Positions 10,171 to 21,216 of a DNA stretch of 64,000 nt are shown here, one piece after another; within the stretch, counting starts at the first letter, position 1, and every line of letters starts with the position of its first letter. Source of the DNA: an uncultured delta proteobacterium (lineage in GTDB: Bacteria; Desulfobacterota; WTBG01; CAIYCZ01; CAIRTM01). A program made the translations under genes and the position numbers. The stretch is taken from NCBI GenBank assembly GCA_963804955.1, contig CAWDSQ010000025.1, positions 1 to 64,000 on the forward strand. Direction: 5' to 3'. The notes under the pieces were generated by a model that was not told where the DNA came from, did not search any database, and saw nothing but the letters and a program-made list of their open reading frames with translations.

Positions 10171-11766
10171 CTACCAGTTCATGCCCCGGTCATGACCCTC
10201 GTTGTTCAGATGACAGGTAAACAGGCATGACGAGCCATTATAGTTCAGGTCGGACCGGATGGTTTGAGGGGCCTCCGTCATGGCTGTGGTTGCAAGATCA
10301 TTAAAGTGAACCAAGGAAAGTTTCGTGGTGTCGTGGCATTCCGTGCAGGCCAAGCCTTCTGAGACAACATGTTTCTGGTGCTCGCCCGACCGGTAGCTGT
10401 TATACTGGCTGCTTGAGCTGGAGTGGCATGCCGTGCATTGCGTGTTCACGTCGATGGAACCCATGTCCCAGCGCGGGGTCACCTGGCCGCCATGACAGCT
10501 CACGTTTGCGCAGGTCATACCCGCAGCCGAAAAAGAAGCTGTTCCGGATTGTGCATTAAATCCTGTTAATGACACCTCCACCGTACTGTTTTGATGGCTG
10601 GCTGTCTGGCTCCCTGCGCCGCTGTGGCAGGTCGAACAGACATTGACAACCTCGGGCAGAGTATTAATTTCAGTGTGAGCGCCCGACGACGGCGGCTTGG
10701 CATGACAGGAAGCGCAGTTCTTAAATACTGTCGGCAGGCCGTTTTTATGGCAGGTGCTGCATGCCGGACCCGCGCTGCCATCAAAGGCTGCGCCGTGGCA
10801 CAGCGTGCAGGCATTTTCCATATTACCTGCTGCTTGATGGCTTGTCTGGTCCGCACCCTTCCAGGGAACCGGATGCGCCGTCTGCGAATTATGGCATCCG
10901 GAGCTTTCGCAGCCCGCAGTAAGGGAGCCTCGAGGAACATTGAAGCGCGGATCACTGCCCGGCCCGCCGTCGGAGGGTTGGGCATGACACTGCTGGCAGT
11001 AGACGAGGTCCTGCTTTGCGATTGCACCGTGATTTGTAAATGGTACTGCATGAGATTCATGGCAATCATGGCAAGCGGCCGGGCCGCTACCGTAGCTGCG
11101 ATCAAGGCTGTGGCACTGGTTACACACCGCCCCGTATGTTTTGAGGCTGCCATGCGGCGTCGTGCCGTGCGTCCAGCCTGATCCGTCTGGAGCTTTGCTG
11201 CCCGTAGGGCCGAAATGGCAGGTTGAGCATTTTGTGCCCAGATCATGGCATTTGCTGCACTCAAGGGTACTTGTACCGTGAAACGCCGGGCTCTTGCCGT
11301 CAAGCCATGACTGCCCCAGCTCATGATCTTCAGTGTTCGGAGTGCTATGGCACGGATGGCATGCCTGGGGTTCCAGTCCGTAGGATGTGTACACCTGATG
11401 ACAGGCATCGCAAACCGAACCTGAAGCCGCCTGGGTAGAATGGTCGGCAGCCCCATGCACCCATGAACCACCCTGTGGCACTCTCGCTCCGACCGGGCCG
11501 AAATGACAGGTGCTGCACCCGGGCACATCTACGCGGCCTGTCTTCCGCCCTTCTAATTTCCGGCCATGGCATACAGAGCAGAGCGGTCTGCTCGAGTTAA
11601 GAAACACAGAGCCGTGGAATGTGTCTGCATTTTTAAATTCAGGATTGAGCCACTCTTCACTGGTGTGCGTCTTTGGCTTACAGCCTCCAAAGACAATGCA
11701 AGCCAGTGTAACAGCAAACAGGGCATATCCAATTCTCCTGTTACTGTTTCCCATAAAGGACCTCAT
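10171..11766 (-). CDS. Multiheme c-type cytochrome lipoprotein (15 CxxCH, 2 CX4CH, 1 CX3CH)
   Basis: Heme motifs counted in the translation; lipobox-like VFGGC; CANVSCH..W..CTACH resembles the Geobacter CxxxxCH...CxxCH motif. Confidence 0.92.
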   Translation of the reverse strand: MRSFMGNSNRRIGYALFAVTLACIVFGGCKPKTHTSEEWLNPEFKNADTFHGSVFLNSSRPLCSVCHGRKLEGRKTGRVDVPGCSTCHFGPVGARVPQGGSWVHGAADHSTQAASGSVCDACHQVYTSYGLEPQACHPCHSTPNTEDHELGQSWLDGKSPAFHGTSTLECSKCHDLGTKCSTCHFGPTGSKAPDGSGWTHGTTPHGSLKTYGAVCNQCHSLDRSYGSGPAACHDCHESHAVPFTNHGAIAKQDLVYCQQCHAQPSDGGPGSDPRFNVPRGSLTAGCESSGCHNSQTAHPVPWKGADQTSHQAAGNMENACTLCHGAAFDGSAGPACSTCHKNGLPTVFKNCASCHAKPPSSGAHTEINTLPEVVNVCSTCHSGAGSQTASHQNSTVEVSLTGFNAQSGTASFSAAGMTCANVSCHGGQVTPRWDMGSIDVNTQCTACHSSSSSQYNSYRSGEHQKHVVSEGLACTECHDTTKLSLVHFNDLATTAMTEAPQTIRSDLNYNGSSCLFTCHLNNEGHDRGMNW

Positions 11767-12099
11767 AATGTTTTTTATGAAAAAGGGTAAAGATATTTTT
11801 TGATTATACCATGCGCTGTTACATTATTCAATAATTGAACTTTTTTATTTCTTGAAAAACTTCTTCTCTAAAAATGTTTAGGGGTTTAAAGCCTTGCTGC
11901 AACTACAAGATTCTTATTTGCGCTCAGCATGCCCCCTAAAAATAAATATTATATATTTTTATTTTATTTTGATATAAATTTTATTATAAGACTAGTGCTC
12001 AGTGTTCATAAAATGAATTAATTACGCATGCTGGTTTTTTAAATCAGGGGGTCCCTGCGCATATGCAGCAGTTTAAGTTAATAAACCACTCCGCCGCAA

Positions 12100-12240
12100 G
12101 AGACTGTGTTGCAATTGATTTATTAATGTCATTTCGAATCCGCCGCAGGCGGTGATAAATCTTAAGCCTTTGATTTTACTTACTACAAAGATCTCTCCCT
12201 TCGGTCGAGATGACAGCAAAGTTAATTGCGACACAGTCTC
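12100..12240. mobile_element. 141-bp MITE-like element with terminal inverted repeats and apparent 3-bp CAA target duplication
   Basis: Left end gagactgtgttgcaatt, right end aattgcgacacagtctc; flanked by CAA on both sides; no transposase. Confidence 0.7.
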
Positions 12241-12585
12241 CAAGCAGCGGGGTATTGAACTTTTTCATCATGCCGGACTTGGTCCGGCATCCAGTCTGCT
12301 TTTTCCCTGGATAACTGGATGCGCGGCAAGCCGTGGGCCTTGACCTCAAAGTGAATAAACAAGCCCGAAGCATATGACCAGGCCTTGTCTCATGCGTGCA
12401 GCAGCTGCTTCGCGCAGCAAAACAGCAGCAATAAAAATATCAGTTTTTACCGGGCGCCTGCACGGAGCGGGTGCAGTACGCCATGACAGAGCGCACCCAC
12501 CGATTATGTTTCAATACTAGTTATAGGGGTTTCTCACACGATGATTATTGCAGGCGCGCGCTGGGAAGGCAGAGAAATAATAAAA

Positions 12586-14935
12586 TCACTTTTTTTTATT
12601 CTTGAGCACGGGGGATGCTTGGCGCGAATGGGCTTTTAAAACAGTGCGGATTGTTTTTGCGATTTCTTTAAGGGGCATCGGTTTCAGGACAAGGGCCTTG
12701 ATCCCCAGTTCCTTTACCTTTTCTCTGGATATCTTTTCGCTGAAACCGGTGCACATGATAATGGGCATATCAGGCCTGATTTCCAGAATCTTTTTGGCCA
12801 GAGCGTCGCCGGGCATATGCGGCATGGTCATGTCCGTTATAACAAGATCAAAGCTGTCGGGCTCTTTCTGAAAGGCTTTCAGCGCATCACGACCGCTCTG
12901 CTTTGCCACTACCCTGTACCCCAGGGAACTCAAACTGCTCCTGCCACACATCGGCCAGAATTTTTTCATCATCCACAAGAAGTATCCGCTCAGTGCCTGT
13001 CTGCACAGGCTTTTCTTCAACGGAGCGTTTCACTGCTGCCGCCTCTATCCGCGGCAGCAGCACATGGAAAATGCTCCCCTTGCCGGGTTTGCTTTCAACA
13101 AGTATTTCTCCGCCATGGCTTTTAATAATGCCGTGCACAACCGCAAGCCCCATGCCCGTTCCCCGGCCCGCCTCCTTTGTCGTGAAAAACGGCTCAAAAA
13201 TACGGGGTATGCATTCCGGGGCAATCCCGGCGCCCGTATCGCGCACAGACAATTTCAGATAGGCCCCGTGGCTCAAGTCGGCATAATCCGTCGCCTTACG
13301 CTCGTCAAGAAAAACAGCGTCCAGGGAAATCTCGATCACGCCGCCGGTCTCTGGCATGGCATGCGCCGCATTGGTGCACAGGTTCATCAGCACCTGGTAA
13401 ATGTGCGTCGGGGTTGAATTGGCCATGCATGTCTCATCGTTTATGTGCTGCCGTATTTCAATGGTTGAAGGCAGTGTCGCACGGAGCAGCTTTACCGACT
13501 CTTTGATAATGGAGCTTACCTGCACGGGCTCCCGCTTTTCCATGCCTTTGCGGCTGAAGGCAAGGATCTGCTTGACGAGGTCCCTGGCGCGCATGGTCGA
13601 TTTCAATATCTTCTCAAGGTATTTTCTTGCGTGATTTGCTTCAGGGACAGCACCCAGAGACAGTTCCGTATACCCCATAATTGCCGCAAGTATATTGTTG
13701 AAATCATGGGCAATGCCGCCGGCAAGGGTCCCCACGGCCTCAAGCTTCTGCGACTGCCGGAGCTGAGCCTCCAGCTGCTGCCTGGCCTCCACAGCCTGCC
13801 GCAGGGCGCTGACATCGCGGAGAAAAAAAGAGAACAGCAGCCTGCCCTTGACCATCATGGGGGTCATGCTGATCTCCGCCGGAAATTCGGTGCCGTCTCT
13901 GCGCAGGCAGTTTGCCGTAAACTTGAGCGTCTCGAAAAGGTCGGACTTCTCCGTGATGAGCCAGCGAAACCGGCTGTGCAGGATCTCTCTCTGCGATGCC
14001 GGCACGAGGGTATCGTCCAGGAGTTTGCCGAGAACCGCCGAGCGCTGAAACCCGAAGACCGATTCGGCAGCCGTGTTGAATTCCAGGATATGCCCCTCGG
14101 AATCAACCGATACGATAGCCTCGTTTGAGGCGTCTAAAAGCGTCATCTTGCGGGCCTCGCTGATACGCAGCTCCCGCTCCCAATCGGCTGTCTCCTGAAG
14201 CGCAGTCGTACCCGCAAGGCCGGCCATACCAGAAGGGCTTCCCGGCTGGCTGGCATCGATGAACGCCATGATGCGCTCGCGGGCATCATGGCGCATGACG
14301 ATAAACTGAATGCCGCTGCGGCAGACATTGGTCGAAGCCTGCATGCTCCACATGATCTGGCCGACTACATTCAGCTGGCAGTCCTGGCCGGGCAGCGTGA
14401 ACCTGATGTCCAGCTTCGACCCAACATCAAGCAGCATGCGGGTTTTGATGAGCATGCCGCTGTAGGAAAGGTTCAGGGCTGTGCCCTGAACCTCGGTTTT
14501 GTTCTTGGAGAGATTGATAGACCAGAGGGCGAAGGTGACACCGACTCGGGTGTTGAAACGCGGGGTCACGTTGAGCAGTTGATCCAGGCGGTTGTTCCAC
14601 AGGTCGGAATGCAGGGGTATGGGCAGGATCAGGTTCGCGCCGGCATTGATGAGCTCCTTTTCGGCATCGGCAGTCAGTGTCCTGCTGACAACCACAATCC
14701 CCGCTTCCTTCGTGGAGTCATGACGGCGGATGGAATGCATCAGGGGGTAGATGGGCACTTCGTCAGGCCAGTCGATCACGATAAGGTGGGGTTTAAACAG
14801 AGCGATCGGGTCAAGAGCCGTGTGGATGTCAGAAACCCATTCTCGCATGACGTCTTTGCGCCAGAGCACTGTGCCGCGCAAATCCGCTTTCAGGTCCTGG
14901 TCAGATACGATAAGCACTCTATGCTTGTCTATCAT
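12586..14935 (-). CDS. Hybrid sensor histidine kinase: REC-like, PilZ, PAS, HisKA, HATPase, REC (frameshift near 12930)
   Basis: RFNTR and NLSYSG PilZ motifs; PAS FNTAAESVFG; GIAHDFNNIL; NLCTNA, DTGAG, FFTTK, GTGMGL; REC LLVDDE..DLVITDMTMP..KP. Confidence 0.9.
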
Positions 14936-15182
14936 GGCGCCTTTCTCATGCGGCCCCGGCACGTTTTCCGGCGGAGGAACATGATCACCTGACTGCGGGA
15001 CACTCAACCGAACTGCCGGGATACGCTTTTTATACATACCCGCTTGTGGATGCAAGCACTATAGAATGCCGGGCCGGTGCGTGTCAAGGCAATGTTGCGG
15101 CAGAGGAAGAAAATGGGAAGTGGAGGCAGACATCGGTCGGCGTACAAAAACACACCAGGGCATGCCCCCTGTATCAGGCAAT

Positions 15183-15212
15183 AAAAAAGGCGGGTTGTCG
15201 CCAACCCGCCTT
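15183..15212 (-). terminator. Intrinsic terminator ending the redox operon
   Basis: aaggcgggttg / caacccgcctt stem followed by a T-run on the minus strand. Confidence 0.75.
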
Positions 15213-15238
15213 CGGTGTTTCTGCTGTAAATCCCTGGC

Positions 15239-16588
15239 TTACTGCGACATACTGTCGCTCAGGGTCACGTTCTGCTGCTTACAGATCTTTGCCCAGACCT
15301 CCGGCCGCTGTGCCTGAATCTCGGCGTCATGCTTGTGAATTTCCTTCCACATCATGCGAGGAGAGGCATACTGGCTCCAGTTGCCGTCCATCGTGACGCC
15401 ATCGAGAAACGTAAACAGGTACTCGACCTCTTCGTCCGTGTAGTACGGAATGAGGGCATAGCCGCTCACCACCTGCATCATGCCGTCATCATTGAACTCG
15501 AAGGACTCGAGCCATTTTTTCTGATACTCGGGAAAACCGGGCTTGCCGTTCAGCTCCTTCTCGAATGGCATCGACAGCCCAGAGAGCGCAGTTGATGGAG
15601 CCCTGCATCTGCGTTTCAACGAAAGCAGCGGCGTCGCCGATCACGAGCGTATTGCCCTGATAGGGCTTCTTCAAGGGAGCCCATGCCTTGGTCATGCAGG
15701 AATGTTTCTGCTCGATCTTGGCATTCTCGAACATCCAGGCAACCGGGCTCTTCTTGGTGAAGTATTCAAACAGCTCCGTGGGCATCTGTTTGGGATGGCC
15801 GATGAGAATCAAGTCAGCCCAGTCAAAGTGGCCGGCAGGGCCGGTGCCCATCAGCGGAGCGAAGTTCGAGCCGTAGCACAGGCCCCAGAAGCCGCACCAG
15901 CTCTCAGGGTTGTAGTCCTTCACGCCGGACATGTACACGCAAAGCGTCAGGGCTGAGGCAAAATACATACGGCCTTCGTTCATCCCGAGGCTCTGGGCGA
16001 CCTGCGCTGTTGCGCCGTCTGCGGCAAGCGAGCTTCTTTGCGTACATTTTGAACTTCTTGCCCTGCTTCACGCATTTCAGCGTTACGCCTTCGGGCATCG
16101 TCAATGGCTTCATAGCAGGTGGTTTCAGGTGATATACTCAACGCCAAGAGCGAGCACCTGGTCAAGCAGCTGCTGCAGGAAATAATTCTTGTCATATTTC
16201 CAGGCAAAGGGACGCCGGTCGGGCCAGGCATAGTGGGCATTGTGCGCCAGATTGCGCGAGTAGTAGAACTTTTCGCGTCACCGGGCACAGAGCGCCCTTG
16301 AATTCAATCTCCCAGCCGTTCTTGACTGACCTGAGTTTATTAACGGAATCCTCGTCGATCCAGCCCTTGCTGTTGAGCGGTTTGCCGGGCTCAACAATCA
16401 TGGTGTCGCCGTTATAGTTTTCCTCCAGAATGATGTGCTCGCTGCAGTAGCGGGTCATCTTGGAGATGTCTTTGCGCTTTTCGATGAGCACAACCTTCAG
16501 GCCTTTTTTTGCGGCACAGTATTGCCGCGTACAGTCCGGCGGGGCCTGCGCCGACGATTGCGATATCATAGTTGTATATAGTGGACAT
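15239..16588 (-). CDS. FAD-dependent oxidoreductase, geranylgeranyl reductase/FixC-like (several frameshifts)
   Basis: MSTIYNYDIAIVGAGPAGL; LVIGDAAAFVETQMQG; WLESFEFN; reassembled from ORFs 16192..16569, 15904..16113, 15489..15983, 15239..15619; paralog at 54431. Confidence 0.85.
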
Positions 16589-16603
16589 TGCTTCCTCCTT
16601 CTC

Positions 16604-17543
16604 TTAGCTTAAAGCCCCAACCGGGCAATAGATTTCACAGGTATGGCAGGCCATGCAGTTCTGCGGATACACCTGTGCATGCTTGTCATAGCCGCCCTTG
16701 TCGTCGAGCTCAAGAGCGCCCACCGGACAGTTCTCCATGCAGGAGCCGCAGCCGAGGCACTTGTCGAGGTCGACCTTGATATACTCGCGGCAGGAGGGGC
16801 ACACATAAAAGAACTGGGGGAGTGCGATAGAACTCTTTTGAAAGCTTGGTAAGATGCGGCGCAGGTGCAAAAGGATTGCCGCACTTCTTGCAGGTCGACA
16901 GCTCATAGTCGACCTGCCAGTTCAGCAGCTCGCGCTTCGGGCCGGACTGCTTGCAGCCCTCGGGCGTGCATACCTGGGAGCTTTCAAGATCGTTCTTTTT
17001 GATGATACCCGTTGGGCAGATAAATGCGCAGGAACCGCAGGCGATGCAGTCCTCGGCGCTCTGCTTGAAGGGGCTTGCAACTTCCCGGTCCTTGCCGCGG
17101 CCTGCAAACTGAATTGCGCCGGCCTTCACGACTTCATTGCAGGCCCGCACGCACTGGCCGCACACCACGCAGTAGTCGTTTTCCTTGCCGAATTCAGCCG
17201 GGCTGTCGGCAACGCCATACTCGGCGGCAAGCTCCTTGACCCGCTTCACATTGGGGCAGCGGGCCAGCAGCAGCTCGATCACGAGCTTCCGGCCTGCGAT
17301 CACCCGCGGGCTGTCGGTCTTCACCGCCAGGCCCTCGGCAACCGGATACGTGCACGAGGCTTCAACCGTCGTACGGCCGTTATTGTCTATCTCGACTATA
17401 CACAGGCGGCAGGCCCCGTAGGGCGCAAGAGCGTCGTTGGAGCACAGTGTCGGAATCTCGATCCCTGCTGCTCGCGCGGCCTCAAGCACCGTAGCGCCTT
17501 CCGCTGCCTTTACCTTTTTATTGTTTATCGTCAGTGTCACCAT
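16604..17543 (-). CDS. NuoG/HydA N-terminus-like Fe-S protein with C-terminal CxxC..CxxC module and fused 2[4Fe-4S] ferredoxin (frameshift near 16830)
   Basis: IPTLC..GACRLC..SC ([2Fe-2S]); CVVCGQCVRAC, CIACGSCAFICP; CKKCG..CPSC; CLGCGSCMENCP, CMACHTCEIYCP. Confidence 0.88.
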
Positions 17544-17575
17544 AGGTCTTACCCTCGTCTTAGAATGTTCTTGTC

Positions 17576-19277
17576 TCAGGTTAACTTCTTCAGCATGCGT
17601 TTTTCCACTTCTTTCGGGAAGTGCTTTATCACGCACAGCAGCGGCACCGCTGCGGTCTTGCCAAGGGCGCAGAATGCCGTATCCTTCATGGCCTCTGCCA
17701 TGCGCTTGATAAGCGCCAGCTGCTCTTTCGTGCCGCGGCCATCAGCGATGGTGCCGGCGATTTCCTGAAGCCGCTTGACGCCTTCTCTGCAGGGAGTACA
17801 CTTGCCGCAGGACTCATCAGCGAAAAAGTCCGTGAAAAATTTCGCCATATCCACAAGGTCGGCATCCTCATCCATCACCAGCAGTCCGCCGGAGCCCAGA
17901 AGCGTGCCTTCCTTTGCAAGAGCATCATAATCAAGCTTGATCTTCAGGTTTTTGGCAGGCAAAAAGCCGCCCGAGGGTCCGCCGGTCTGAAAAGCCTTTA
18001 CCTTCTTGCCCGTGCCCGTACCCTTGCCGAAAGTATCGATAACCTCTTCAACAGTCGTGCCCATGGGCACTTCCACCCAGCAGCTCCGGGCAACATTACC
18101 CGTCAGTGCGACAATCTTCGTGCCCTTGCTGTTCGGAGTGCCGATGCCGGCAAACCACTTGCCGCCGTGATTGACGATGGCGGGGATATTGGCAAGGGTC
18201 TCCAGATTGTTGACCACGGTGGGCTTGTTGAAAAGGCCCTTGTAAACAGGTAGAGGAGGCCGCGGCCGGGGTTCGCCGAAGGAGCCTTCCAAAGCGTTCA
18301 AAAGCGCGGTTTCTTCGCCGCACACATAGGCGCCGCCGCCGCGCTTTACCTTCAGGGTAAAGGAGAAGCCCGAGCCCATAATATTCTTGCCCAGAAGGCC
18401 GGCCTTTTCGGCGGCCTTGATGGCGCAATCGACGCGCTCTGCTGCAAGCACGTAGCGATCATTGAGATAGATATAACCGGCGCTGGCCCCGACAGCAAAG
18501 CCTGCAATGATCATGCCTTCGATCACGCTGTTCGGGTCGCTCTCGATGAAGCTTCTGTGCATGCCGATTTCAGGGTCGCCTTCGCTGCCGTTGCACACAA
18601 TGTATTTCTGGTCGCCTTCGGCATTGCGGCATGCCTCCCACTTGATGCCTGCGGGAAAGCCTGCGCCGCCGCGGCCGCGCAGCTTGGAAGCCTTGACTTC
18701 CTTGAGCACGTCTTCGGGCTTGCCGGCAAGCGCCTTGGCAAGGGCTGCGTAGCCGCCCGAGGGCGATATACTCTTCAATGCTGCAGGGGTCGATCGTGCC
18801 GGCATTGCGGCTGACGATTTTCATCTGCTTCTTGAAGAAGTCGAGTTTCTTGTAGTCTTTTTTGTCGGCGGATTTTGCGCCCTTGGTATACTTGATGGGC
18901 TCCTGGCACACGGCCTGCTGATAGTCGTCATATTTCGCGACGACCAGATCCTCAACAAGCTTACCGGTAGAAAGCGACTTGAGGACATCAGCAACCTTGT
19001 CGGCGGTGACATTGCCGTAGGTGATGCGGGGCTTGCCGGGCTTGATCACTTCCACGATGGGCTCGGCAAAGCACATGCCGTTGCAGCCGACGAGCACCAC
19101 TTCGGCCTTCAGCTTCTGCTTTTTGATTTCATACTTGAGGGCTTCGGCAATCTTTGCCGCTCCCTTGGCAAGGCCACAGGTTGCAGCTCCCACGGTGATG
19201 CGGGTCGTGTCGGGAGAGAGCAGCGCCATGCCTTCCTTTTGAACTTTGGTAAGATCTTCTGCTTTCTGTATTTTCAT
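17576..19277 (-). CDS. NuoF/HydB-like FMN subunit with N-terminal thioredoxin-like [2Fe-2S] domain (frameshift near 18765)
   Basis: TCGLAKGA, GCNGMCFAEP, LRGRGGAGFPAGIKW, AYVCGEETAL, TVVNNLET, GGPSGG, ESCGKCTPCREG..C. Confidence 0.92.
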
Positions 19278-19292
19278 GTGTCTCTCTCCTTC

Positions 19293-20203
19293 TTAGCCTA
19301 AAATTTCCGCAAGTTTGGACTGCGCAGCTGCGGCACTGAACACCTCGCCGTTGATCATCACGGCGGGCGACACGTCGCAGCAGCCCAGACAGCGCACTTT
19401 CTCGAGCGTGGCCTTGGCGCCGTTGCCGGCGAGCTTGGCCTCGATAGCCTTCACGAGCTTGCCGCCGCCCTTGACCTGACAGCAGGTGCCGTTGCAAACG
19501 GTAATGACATTGGCAGCGGGCTTGTCAAGCCGGAATGCGGCATAGGAGGTTGCAAGGCGGTACAGCGTGCTCATGAAACACGTTTTTCTTCTGGCTGATG
19601 ACAATCAGGGCCTGGCGGGGAACATAGCCGAACATGTCCTGCACCGCATGCATGATGGTAATCAGTGTTTCCTGGCCGCCGGGATTTTTTTCAATAATCT
19701 CCTCGACCTTGGTGACGTCGATCTCACCCATGGTGGCATATGCCTTGAGAATGGCCGTTTTAAACGGATCAGGCACAATCTCTTTGACGATAGAAACGAT
19801 ATGGTCTTCGGCTAATGGCTCCGCCTGCAGCCTTCTGCAGGGCTATCTGCATGAGCTTGCCGCGAAAAACCTCGCGCATCATATCGGGCACTTCCTGCAG
19901 CATCCGCTCAAACATGAACTCTGCCTTGCCCTGCCAGTTGGCCGCTGCTGCAGGCGCTGCGGGCTGTGCCCCGCCTGCGGGCTTCATGCCCAGCGCTGCC
20001 ATAAGAGCGCTGCGCTGCGGCTCGGGAAGGTCTTCGGATACGAACTTTTTCACCAAATCAGCGCTGACGGGCTGGCCTGCCACCTTGCCTGCAAGCATTT
20101 GCTCAAGCTTGGGCCTGATCGCATCGCGCATGGCATCGGGCACGGCCGACATCAGCTTGTCGAACATTTTTTGTCCATCAGGTAACCACTTTATATCTGA
20201 CAT
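19293..20203 (-). CDS. NuoE/HydC-like [2Fe-2S] subunit with two N-terminal helical repeats (frameshifts near 19810 and 19575)
   Basis: LITIMHAVQDMFGYVP, VCNGTCC..CLGCC; preceded by two W..F..M..VP..MR...R.KL repeats. Confidence 0.8.
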
Positions 20204-20245
20204 TGTCCCTATCTCCTTTCAGGGATTGGTTCTCTGTTTATTAGA

Positions 20246-20932
20246 TCACTTGGGCTGTACGTTCTCGACCAGCTTGCCGTATTCCTTCTCAACGGTTGCT
20301 GCCGCCTGCGCGATCTCCTTGGCCGCAAGCTTTTCAAAACGCTCCTGGGCCGCCAGATACACATCAAGCTTTTTGGGCTGCAGGGTCTTGATCGTAAGGT
20401 TATAGAAACCGCTGCCCGCTTCATACAGCGGGAATGCCAGTGTCTCCACAGCCTTAAATCCTACCTTTACCGTATCCTCGGACTCGAACTTCCAGCCAAC
20501 CGGGCAGGGGCACAGAATATGAATATAGCTTTTGCCCTCGGTCTCCATGGCTTTCTTGACCTTGTCGAACAGATCAAAGGGATAGCTCGGGCAGGCCGTC
20601 GCCACATACTTATAGCCCTGAGCAATAGCTACCGCCGGCATTTTCTTTACAATCGCGTCCTCAAGCTTGCCGCCTGCTTCATTGTCAAAGCAGATAACAA
20701 CTTCGGCCTTGTCTTTCTTCACCCGCATGATCGATACGGCTGATTTCTTGCCGAAAATATCACATGCGGCAGGTGCTTCCCAGGCAGCCTTCTCAATTGC
20801 GCCTTCAATGGCCTTGTACACGTGACGCACGGCCAGAGAAATGCCGCAGCCCGGGCATGCATTGTTCTTCTTGATATCGAAGTACTCTTTGCACGGCAGG
20901 AAATTGGGAACCATCAAACTGTATTTGTCCAT
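20246..20932 (-). CDS. Degenerate 2-oxoacid:ferredoxin oxidoreductase beta-subunit-like protein
   Basis: ACPGCG, CFDNEA, YVATACPSYPFDL, IHILCPCPVGW, AVET.AFPLYE; lacks GDG and YMNTGxQ. Confidence 0.8.
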   Translation of the reverse strand: MDKYSLMVPNFLPCKEYFDIKKNNACPGCGISLAVRHVYKAIEGAIEKAAWEAPAACDIFGKKSAVSIMRVKKDKAEVVICFDNEAGGKLEDAIVKKMPAVAIAQGYKYVATACPSYPFDLFDKVKKAMETEGKSYIHILCPCPVGWKFESEDTVKVGFKAVETLAFPLYEAGSGFYNLTIKTLQPKKLDVYLAAQERFEKLAAKEIAQAAATVEKEYGKLVENVQPK

Positions 20933-20934
20933 GC

Positions 20935-21216
20935 TTAGCCCTCCTGTTCCATGCAGATTACGCCGAACCAGCACTCGCGGTGACAGATGCCGCAGCCCTT
21001 GCACTTTTTCTCGTCGGCCTCAAAATACCCATCGGCAGTCCGGTAAACGGCGCCATCGGGACAATACAAATAACAAATGCCGCAGCGGATGCATCGATCC
21101 TTGTCCCACTGCGGAAGCCCGCGGCGCTTGTCGCCGGGACTGAAGGGACTGGCCGTGCCCTTATCGAGCAGCGAGCAATCAACCATCTTGTGTGTGAATT
21201 TTGTCGCTTCCAACAC
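20935..21216 (-). CDS. PorD-like (OFOR delta) 2[4Fe-4S] protein
   Basis: GDKRRGLPQWDKDRCIRCGICYLYCPDG..CKGCGICHREC; AGGAG RBS before GTG/TTG start. Confidence 0.85.
   Translation of the reverse strand: MLEATKFTHKMVDCSLLDKGTASPFSPGDKRRGLPQWDKDRCIRCGICYLYCPDGAVYRTADGYFEADEKKCKGCGICHRECWFGVICMEQEG

Noticed and set aside
16604..20203. Respiratory complex I or [FeFe] hydrogenase
   Set aside because: No membrane nuo genes, no H-cluster motifs and no molybdopterin domain
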